Shown: positions 30,033-39,373 of the stretch, in pieces
Position numbering within the stretch: position 1 is the stretch's first letter
How the letters are laid out: each line of letters begins with the position of its first letter
DNA from: Atractiella rhizophila
Lineage: Eukaryota
Length of the DNA: 39,373 nucleotides
Assembly: GCA_021432655.1 (NCBI GenBank)
Contig: MU271612.1
Coordinates: 1-39,373, forward strand
Reading direction: 5' to 3'
Translations under genes and position numbers: made by a program
The notes under the pieces: generated by a model
Seen by the model: only the letters and a program-made list of their open reading frames with translations
Told to the model about the DNA's origin: nothing
Databases searched by the model: none

Positions 30033-33000
30033 ATGGAACAAGGGGCGACGTGGAATCCTCACGCTACTTATTATCCCACAGACCCACTACCAGCTTTCTG
30101 TCTCACTGACAATCTACCTCCAGAGGAGAATCTGAAATGTCTACTTTTGGGGAGCGCTGATCCAAAAAACATCTTATACACAATCCATGCTAGTATCAAA
30201 CTACCTAAAGGTGAAGATTCTGATCCTTGCTCAAAAGAAGCTTATCGTACACGTCACAGGTGATAGGAGATTTGATTTCACAATTTGTGATTGGCAAACG
30301 ACTGCTATCGGTCAGTACCCGCTTATTGGTAGTCTGAGGATTGCCTCACCTCCTTCATCCTCATATAGCTCGAACTATTCTCGTTCTCACCCTTATCCTC
30401 GACGATGCGCCATCCGACCAAATATTCTCCATCCTTTATCATTTCCGCATCGACAAGGGCACACTAGCGGCTTTCACAGAACAAACCATCAAGCTGTTGA
30501 AGGTAGCAAATAATGTTGACGCCTGGAACACTTCTCCATATGGCAAGGTCGTCCAATTTTGCACAACAGAGACATCGGTCAGATTTGTGGCGTATCTCAC
30601 CAGCTACTTGCAGTTTGAGATATGGAACCGAAATGAGATGAGTAGAAAGACGTTCTACGCACATTTCGAAAGGATTGCTAGATCCCGTCAGGAGGATACC
30701 GACCGTGTAGCACTGGTTCTCTCAAGATCTTTAGGGCACAGATGGGCGCATGCAGACAAGAAAAAGCTCTGTGAACTGTTCAACAATTTCTGGAGCAAGG
30801 GGACGACGCAGGAATCGAACGACGCAATCTATATCAACCCTGCTTTCGTCTACAGCATCAGAGACGGCCTGAACGAATTTGCACACTCTGCCAGGGTTGA
30901 TGCGGACTATTTCCCCCTCACCAACTTCCATCTTAGTCCATCTATCAACGCGGCCGTCCTCACGAATGCCAGTAATTTTGTCTCCGCTGCAGAACAAGAG
31001 TTTGCATCTTGGTGTAGTTCCTTTCGGTCCCAGTGTAGCTCTGCTCCGCGTTCCGTTATGATTCGCTTAGCTTGCGCCGATGCATTGGCTTTCTGTCATA
31101 CTCTACTCGCGGCCAAAACGACTGGAAAGATGTACGACGGTCGAAATGTTTCAGCCTGGGACCCCCGTCCCCTGGTTCTCGACCGCAAGAGTTACAGCGC
31201 GCCCAATGGTAGTGGAGCTCCAATGACGTTTAACGTTATCGACACCTCCACACCACGCGACTCAATGGAATTATTGGACCTCCTCGTTGCCTGTTCACCT
31301 TTACTCGAAAAGTCGCCTTCGGCGGAACTGTATGCAACATTATCTTTTCCCCTCGACGGTGATCCGTTGGCTGAACTGGAGCGTAAACTAAAGGGAGGAA
31401 TGCAAACAATTATATTGCTACTCGGAATTGCGCCAACTTCGATGCTTTCTGGTTTTTCGACTCGAGAGAACACTGCAGAAATTACATCTGCACGGCATTT
31501 TTCCAGACCCTCGAAAGATATTCTCGAGCGAGTTGGATGGAAGAGCACTGACATGGCTGACCCCATAATTTCACGTAAAAAGCTCAAATTTCAGCTCCAA
31601 TTTTCAGGAGAGCCTCTTGTATCATTGTTGAAGCCACTGGGGGCACAAGAGGATCTAGGATCGAGAACCGGATTTGCGAGTTTGCTGAGCCTGATCAAAA
31701 GGCGGCTCGACGTCCAACCATCGTGGGAAGAGGACATTGCAGCAGTCCTGGACTCGTTTCCGTCTCCTTTCTTACTGGACACACGGGTCCGCCTATTTCT
31801 CAATAAGACAATTTCTAAAGTTCCTTATACTGTCAATCTTGGACGAATGCTCTTTGAAGAAAACGTAGATCTTGTCTATAGAGAATGGAGGAAGATGGTC
31901 CCCGCAGTAGTTGTGCTCGTCATTTTAGTCCCAGGGAGCCAAGCAAGACGGATCCCCGGTCAGGCGAAGATTCAAATGGATATTATTGACAAGAGCAAGC
32001 TCGAAAATTTTCATTCCTTCATACCTTTCTCTGTCACCCTCGGCACCGCTCGCAGCGAAGGGGTAGGAGATGCAAGGACACTAGTTATCACTGAGGACAG
32101 GATGGCTTCGGATACTGCCCCACTCATTGTTCAAACTTTCGTTCCGTCAGAGCTCCTAGCTGAGAACCCAAAGAAGACGATGATAGAGCTCTTTGTGAAT
32201 TCTGACAACAAAAAGCATTTTCTGTCCCGCCTTGATCTCTCGATGAAAGAAATGCATTCGTAATCGGAACACCTCAACACGTCTCTGTTAGAGGAGCGCC
32301 TCGACCTCCACCATTTTCATTCAAGGATCGGGAAATAACGTTGAGTAAAAAGTTCAACTCCAATTCAGAAACGGTACGACTGGAAATGAAAGAAGAGATT
32401 CCACGATATGTCGTGCGAAAAGATATCCAACAAGATTCTAAGGAACTTCTGGAACTCAAACAGCGACATGCGAAGAAAGAAGTGTCGACAGATCCTGTTT
32501 CTTTGAGTTACTGCCGAATTCAATGGGGAGCCTTCTTTCGATTCTGGGCGTTCCCTTCTCCAGTAGATTATTCCCGATTTACTACGCGCATTGCGAAGAC
32601 CACTGGCTACGTCGAGGTATTTGAACTCTTTCTCCACTTAGATTGAGCTGATCCCGAGACAGGGATCAGCACCGGTGATGACAACACGACCGAAACTGAA
32701 CCCTTTCCTATTGTCCATATTTGAAGATGTCCCAGCCCTCTTCAACATCTCGCGTGTCAACTGGGATCAGGTTGTCTCCCAGCGCCGCGGTGCGTCTCTC
32801 GATAAACAGTTAATTAATAAAATCCTGCTTTCATGTTTTTCGGATGGAGAACTAAAGAAGCTTCGAAGCGGCACTCCGGAGGTTCTCACCAGAGTCAAAC
32901 ATACCATCTACACGATGTTTCAGTCTGCTACGGCAAACCCCAAGCTGTTCACTACCATTACTTTATCATCTAATCGAGCGAACTATGCCGTCGTCTTCGT

Positions 33001-33700
33001 TCAGGCGCTTGGGAAAGATATTCCCTCAGGGTCGATTGTAGCTGATTGCTGTGTGTTTCCTCTCGACGCAGCGCCAAATAATGCTCTTGAACAACAGCTA
33101 AGAGAGCTGCAACTTCAAAAGTCGTCTGTGGTGATTTCTACAGACGATGAAGAGACAAAAATGTGGAAGAGCCTCTTGCTAGCTTTTGTCGAACGGTGTC
33201 GAAGATCCTACGTCCATGCACCTCACTGTCCATGGAAGAGAGATCCAGTAACATCTGATGGGAAAGTGGTGAGGATAGAGGCGTTGTGCAATTGTGGGAA
33301 GGGGAAGGATCTTGGAGGATTCGATCTCAGGAGTCCGTTGGCCAAGCATGTCTATCGCGCTGCTTTCTCGCCACTGTTTGCCGTTCCTATCGTCGAGCTT
33401 GTCGGAAAGGATAGAGGCGGCGTTTCTGACTTGCCCTCAAAAATAGTGGACCTGGTGGGGAAGAACGAGCCCTCGCCACAGATTTCAAACCTATTGGGAA
33501 AGAACGAACCTCAGATTTCAAAACTATCGGAAAAGGACGAACCGTTACCACAGATATCAAAGCTATGCGATTTGTGTGGCATAAAGGCCAAATATAGGTG
33601 CGCCAACTGCAAACGAGTACGATACTGTTCAGTTTCACACCAACAAGAATCATATCCAGACCATTCTACCTTTTGTCAAAATGTCACTATTAGCTCATAG
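30033..33700 (+). CDS. DUF4470 (methyltransferase-like) plus C-terminal MYND zinc-finger protein; frame break at ~32236-32263
   Basis: N-terminal YYP...CLTDNLPPEENLKCLLLGSADPKNILYT, FDFTICD...I|ARTILVLTLI, FNVIDTS; FVERCRRSYVHAPHC...LCNCGKGK; YRAAFSPLFAVP; MYND finger CDLC...CANCKRVRYCSVSHQQESYPDHSTFC. Confidence 0.8.
33443..33564 (+). repeat. In-frame tandem repeat of ~33-39-bp units in the linker before the MYND finger
   Basis: CAGATTTCAAA / CAGATTTCAAA / CAGATATCAAA at 33479, 33512 and 33551; peptide LVGKNEPSPQISN-LLGKNEPQISK-LSEKDEPLPQISKL. Confidence 0.8.
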
Positions 33701-34023
33701 GTACAAAATGTAAAATATGTATCTACCTTTGTGTATTATGATCTATGTTGTGATCAAACAAGATAGACGTCGTTGCGTGTTTCCTATCAGGAAGAACCGA
33801 TCAGGAAGAAGTTCCATTGAAAATGAAGTGCAAATTGAGCCTCGTAGCAATTTGATTGACTGAAAACACTCAGCTTATGTGATTCTAATGGAACATTGCA
33901 TCTATGTAGCACTTCAGACAACAACTACTTCTCGGATCGATTAGCCGCATTGCATTCCGCTCAACTCATCAATGCTATGCAAGCTTTTCCTCCTACAAGG
34001 AGATAAAAGCACTTCAGACCACC

Positions 34024-35470
34024 TCAAACTTTTACTGGCTTTGGCACCTCCAATCCACTCAAGTTCTTCGGTGGCTCAACTTGTGGTTCTCCTTCCGGCG
34101 TCTATCCATCATCGCTCAGTCTTCAACTTTCTCTCAAAATATCTAAAGGAAAGGACGCACAACATAGCAGGCTGAGAGTCCACCATCCACTTTGAAGTCG
34201 GCTCCCTATTCCCTCTGCTTTCAGCATAGCCACCAACAACAAAAGACGAAAGACGGACGGTGACGTAGCTCGAATCGTCTGATGCCAAAAACAGAACAGC
34301 CTTAGCTTGCTCGATTCCCTCGCCGAACCTGCCCATGGGCAAATGGACCATTCGACGATCACGTTTCTCGGGAGTGTTAAGGTAGTCCATCAGAAGGGGT
34401 GTTTTCAGTGGGCCACTTGCAATCATCGTCAGCGATCGATAAAGGATGCGAAAGGTGTGGAATGGGCAAAGGTAAGACTAACGGGCATAGGGCATTCAAA
34501 CGGATCCCTTCCCGCGCGTGTACCATCGCCAGCTCCCTCGTCAACGCAAGGACGCCTCCTTTCGAAGCCGTATCTAACAGGAATCACACGGTCAGGTATC
34601 ATTCTCTAGACATTTTTTAGAACCGAAGAGTACAACTGGCTGACCAGAGGTAAACCAACAACTCGAACTCGCGCTCAAGAGAAAAAGGAAGATGATGGTA
34701 AAAGGGCTGAGAAGCAACGCAACTACCAGAAGAAGGAGGGTGAAGACGCACAAGCTAACTGGGGAGTAGCAGCACCCATGACCGCCACGAATGAAGCTGT
34801 ATTAATGATGCTTCCACCACGAGCTTCAGGTGGGTTGTCCCGCATGGCCTGGATGGCGTATTTGCAACCCCACCAGACCCCTTTCAAGTTGATGGTCATG
34901 GTTAGGTCCCAGATTTTCTCGGTCGTTGTGAGCGCATCTCCGTCATCCGGGTGCATTATCCCTGCCTATAAAAGCGTGAAACGATGTTGAGCATCGTATT
35001 TTTGGATATATAGTAGCGACGATATGAAAAGAAGGGAATCAGTGGGAGGAATGGTGGATGAGGAGAGAAAACAGACGTTGTTAAATACCACATCCACCCT
35101 GCCGTACTCCGATTTCGCTTTCCCAATCATGTTCTTTACGTCCTCTTCCTTGCCCACGTCGGCGACAAACGTGACTACTTTCCCATTCGGTGGAGGTGAG
35201 AGCTGATTGATCTGGTCGACTGTCTTCTGGAGCGACGATGGGGAGATATCCGCGAGCAGCAGATTGGCACCTTGACACGAATCCAACCCCAGTTTATGGC
35301 TTGGTGATCTGGTGGAGAAACCACGCACCTTCGATAGCGAACAAGAGGGAAGTCTCCAATCCGATTCCTGAGCCAGCTCTATGATCGCATCAACCAGGCG
35401 GGCTCCCGATAAATACAAAAGATAAAGCGCACCCCGTAATAACAGCAGTTTTTCCTTGCAATCTACCCAT
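34024..35470 (-). CDS. Classical short-chain dehydrogenase/reductase (SDR, FabG-like), 7 introns
   Basis: MGRLQGKTAVITG|AGSGIG (TGxxxGxG), VVFNN|AGIMHP, IINTASFVA, catalytic Y|TASK, NALCP|GPLKTP, FLASDDSSYVT|GADFKVDGG; stop at 34024-34026. Confidence 0.93.
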
Positions 35471-35647
35471 AGTGACACTTTCACGGTAAGACCTGTTTCC
35501 AACGAAATCTCAGCGTGGGAAGGGTCAGTAAAAGTAGCTTGCTTGTTTAATTTTGCTGCATGGATGACTGGGAGGATAAGAAAGAGGACCAAGTAGAACT
35601 TCACTCAACTCGCGATCACCAGCAACCACAGAAAGTTCGAAGGCAGC

Positions 35648-38287
35648 ATGCAACGCCAGCCAGGTCCTCCTGCGGGACCTCCGCCAATCGCAGAAAACCA
35701 GCTGATATCATTCAAAGTCCTTCGCGCGTCCAGGCCGTCCTTCTCCCACTCAGTTCGGTGCGCATTTCATCCCTTCAATGGCACGTCTGAATAAACAGCC
35801 AATAGACCTTACTTTGAAGACGAGACGTTGACTGGCTATGGAAAGCACCTCAGAGCAGCGGCGGTGAAGGACTTAGGCAGTAACCAGAGGGAGATTGATA
35901 TCGGTGGTGCTGCTGGAGCGAGGGACGATCCGACGACGAATGTGCTTTCACTCCCTTCAAATTTCGGTGTGGTGTCGCTGGGAGAGACATGTGCGTCTCC
36001 CTTTTCTTGAGAAAAAGATCAAAGCTGGTATTGAATTGTTGCTTGTTGGGAAGTCACGGTGTTCATCTCCCTCACTTCCATTTCTCCCACCCTTCTACAC
36101 AATCCTCGGCTCACAGTAACCATTCAAACCTCCTCTAACCTGCACACCCTCCCTCTCCAAACAGCTCTCCCAGAGTTCCTGCGCGCGGGCGAGACGTACG
36201 AGACGGTGGTATCCCACGATGTGAAGGAGCTGGGTGGACACTCCTTAGTTTGTAGCGTCAGCTATCAGGTGAATGGCGAGGAACGAGGCTTTAAGAAAAC
36301 ATATAAATTTCAGGTAAGCTCTTCCTTGAAGAAAGGTAGCCGTTGATGATGAACGAGATAGGTCTCAAATCCCTTGAGTGTGAGGACTAAGGTACATACG
36401 CCTAAGAGCCCGAATGCCATGTTCGATAGAACGGAGAAGAATAAGATCTACCTAGAAGTTCAAGTCTCCAACATTTCGCCAACACCACTCTCTTTCCAGT
36501 CCCTGATCTTCGAGCCGGCCCCTGGTCTGGCACATCAGGACCTAAACACAGGCATCTTCGAGCGTACCACCGACGTGATAAGCTCGGGAGACGTCAGGCA
36601 GTATTTGTACATAATCTACCCAACCCCGGGGACGGAGGATGCTTATGAACCCCCAAAGAGCGGCGCTCAAGCTTTAGGGAGACTAGATATTATGTGGAGG
36701 ACAAGCATGGGAGATTCGGGACGGCTGCAAACGAGCCAGTTGACAAGGAAGATCCAACCATCGACTCTACTGTCACAGCCTATCGCTTCCACAAATCGCG
36801 ATCCTATTCCTCCACCTCCTCAACCAGCAACAGCTCCCAAACTCAATGTCCCAGCCGGGCCGCACGCACCGCGCTCTCCTTCCCCTCGACTAGCTCTACA
36901 GACTCAATTACCTCCCTCCTCGACGCCAGGAGCACCGGGAAAGCTCTCACTCAACACTTCTCTCGTACCGCCCTCGCCCGCAACCTACGCCCTCACACCA
37001 TCCTCCCCAAGTGGCATGCACGGTCTTCCAACCGGACTCCCCCTCTCTCCAGATTCTCCCCTTCCTACTCCTTTGTCTCCATTTCCCATCCGTGGCATCC
37101 ATCAAATCTCGTTAGGAAGAGATGGCGCATTAGTCACGCCAGGATTCATGACCAGAAATCCATCGCCCCTAACTGGGGACGGCAGAGGGGTACGCACCCC
37201 TGTTCCTGGCGCAACATCTGAAGAAGGGGGTGGAGACAAAGGACGAAAGGTCGTGAAGCCTTCTGTAGAAGGGTTAGAAGTCGACCTTTTTGTCGACGGT
37301 CCTACTCGGGGGAGCGTGGGAAAGTCGTTTGAGTTACAATTCAGGGTGCGCGTAAAAGGCGGGGAAGGCTCCGCGAAGAGGAGGATCGCTCTCGCAGCTC
37401 AGTTTGTGAACCATCATTCGAGTGCCATGGCCAGGAGACGGCTCCAAATAACTGAAGAAGCTCTCAGTCCCCTCGCCAAGCATCTACTTCACGAAACTCT
37501 CCAGTCCCCTATGACACTCCCCAATTCCCTACCCTCCCCACCGACTTCGAGGCCAGGCAGCGTGGCAGGTACGCGTAGAGGAAGTACGAGTACCGTCACC
37601 TCTCATGCTCCTTCCTCAGCTTCTCCTAGCGTGGGAGGAGGAGCGACGACAACGAGGTCACATCCTCATCCCCTCTCCCAGTCTCTCACAAGAAAATCAT
37701 CCTCCAGCTCAGTGGGAACGATGACACCTCGACGCAACACACTCACTGCTTTCACTGGAGAAGGAACCACTGTCTCTGGCACACCGCGGACGTCCTTGGA
37801 TGGCGATGGAGAAGATGTACTCCCCAACTTTTTGTCAGAAGGGACCGTGCTACTCCCTCCTCCGAGACCAATTTCGAAGCAAAAGGACAAGAAAGAGGAA
37901 AAGGATATCCCTTCGAAGGACATTAAGCTTATGGGTGCCACTTTTGCGCAGTTGGGTGAAGTGGCTTTGGATGAGGGAGCGGGAATGGAGAGCACACCCA
38001 CGACGAGGAGGGGACAAGATCTGTTGGGCAACGAGCCAGCCACACCGTTGCCTTTGACTCTGTCTAATGCTGAGACGGAGAAGAAGTGGTCTTGGTCTTT
38101 TGTACCACGGAAACAAGGTATGATTCGTGTTGGAGGGCTTAGGATTTTGGTACTGGAGGATGTGGAAGAGAAAGGGGGCGGAGAGACGGAGGAGAAGGCG
38201 GGGATAGATGTTGTTAAGCAGGCAGAAGTATTGAAAGAGTGGGACGTCATTCGGGAACTGTGGATAGCGGGTCCGGCACCGTTGTAG
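35648..38287 (+). CDS. TRAPPC13: TRAPP complex subunit 13 / Trs65-like (DUF974) protein with Pro/Ser-rich insertions, 3 introns
   Basis: LISFKVLRASRPS; LSLPSNFGVVSLGET|F; VSHDVKELGGHSLVCSVSY...FKKTYKFQ|VSNPLSVRTKVH; IYLEVQVSN; DVRQYLY; LGRLDIMWRTSMGDSGRLQTSQLTR. Confidence 0.85.
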
Positions 38288-38536
38288 CTCATGATTGGAT
38301 TACGCATAGGAATAACAACACGGTGCATAATCCCGCTGAGTCGTATACACAATGTTTTCGCCCACCACTACCAGTGTCCTTGTCCGCTAGCCCATTGCAT
38401 GTCTGCAAAGTTTGGGCGGTTGGGACACCTTGGTAACCGTTTACTATTGCGTCCTATAGACACATACATGGAAAAGATGTTGAGGTTTCGGTAATGTCAA
38501 TGGTTTACAAGGTGTTCACAGAATGAGCAAAATAGA

Positions 38537-39373
38537 TTAGTTTCGTCCAGCCTTCTTCCTCAGAATGGATTTCAGAGGTGGCGGATTCGCATTCGGACCT
38601 TTCTTTGTTGGGCGTGCAGTTCTTGTGCTGGGAGCTCGAGTGGGAGGTGGAAGCTCCGTTTCTTCCTCCTTAATGACCGGCGCGACTGATGATGTCGAGC
38701 TCGAAGATGCCACAGACACTCGTTGTCTTTTTGTCCTGGTCGCGTCTGTGAGCTGAGAGTTGTTGGAACGCTTTCCCGACTGAGTATACGATTCGATTTC
38801 ATCCTAATAACCCAAATTAGATTGTTGTGAACGTTGACTTGCTGCTGACTTGAATGGGGTCATCCGCTGTTTGACTGATACTGCTTAGTGTTCCCAGCTC
38901 GTTAGCTCTTGCAGCAATGCGCTGGAGTAGCATTAAGTATCTTGGTAATGTCAGATGGTTCTTACGAAAACTGTGCCGGGCTCCGCTGCGTCGACCTCAT
39001 TGTCCTCGGCAACCGACGTTGGATCTTTGCGGTGCTTCAATTGCTCAGTGACCACTCGCAAATTATTCTCCGCGTCCTCGAGCTTCCTCCGTAAACGGCT
39101 GCAACAGGTCTCAACCACAGCGTGCAAAAAGAAAGAGAAGCTTGCTGGATTTCGTTCTTTGTTCGCATTCGCAAATTTAGTTCCGTGTCTTACTTACACT
39201 GAGAATCACGTACCTCTTTTTCGGATAGACTAATCCTAAAATTCTGCTCTGCAACCTGAACGGACGAGACTCGTAGCTGCAGGTAGATTCAGCGAAGATC
39301 CTGCTCATCTAAACTCATGTTACCCGTTCAGCTTCTTCTGTCTTCTTCCTTAACTTGTCGATTTCGTCAACGC
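38537..39373 (-). CDS. 3' portion of an uncharacterised coiled-coil protein (5' end beyond the window)
   Basis: Spliced exons VDEIDKLRKKTEEAER|LRVSSVQVAEQNFRISLSEKE...RLRRKLEDAENNLRVV...|DEIESYTQSGKR...LKSILRKKAGRN*; basic, NLS-like tail. Confidence 0.65.

Noticed and set aside
34966..35604. Signal-peptide-like start MKFYLVLFLILPVIHA on the SDR ORF
   Set aside because: It is a non-ATG read-through of upstream and intronic sequence; the spliced SDR starts at ATG 35470 with the canonical TGxxxGxG exons.
37666..38352. 228-aa minus-strand ORF
   Set aside because: Antisense shadow of the TRAPPC13-like last exon.
39100..39215. Possible 11-nt microexon plus GC-AG intron in the last gene
   Set aside because: A single GTAAGA..TGCAG intron restores the frame equally well; cannot be decided from sequence alone.

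Overview
Eukaryotic, intron-rich DNA (mostly ~45-90-nt introns with CTRAY-type branch sites), consistent with a basidiomycete fungus (inference). I spliced the gene models by hand. In order they are: a disrupted F-box-like gene (+), a hypothetical gene (-), cohesin SMC3 (+), a bHLH transcription factor (-) with apparent frameshifts, a secreted CE5 cutinase/acetylxylan esterase (-), a ~8.7-kb TRANK1-like SF1/UvrD helicase (+), a LAMMER/CLK kinase (+), a DUF4470-MYND protein (+) with a frame break, a short-chain dehydrogenase (-) head-to-head with a TRAPPC13/Trs65-like gene (+), and the 3' part of a coiled-coil gene (-). The most interesting signal appears only after splicing. Just upstream of its helicase core, the giant helicase carries a segment that reads like a RelE/ParE-superfamily toxin (ribosome-dependent RNase) fold, followed later by TPR-like repeats, a CCCH finger and an IQ-like motif. 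This suggests an RNA-targeting or translation-arrest defence protein. Five apparent reading-frame breaks in four genes may be assembly indels, pseudogenisation or unusual introns. No RNA genes, CRISPR arrays or recognisable transposons were seen. No database searches were run, so family calls rest on motif recognition.
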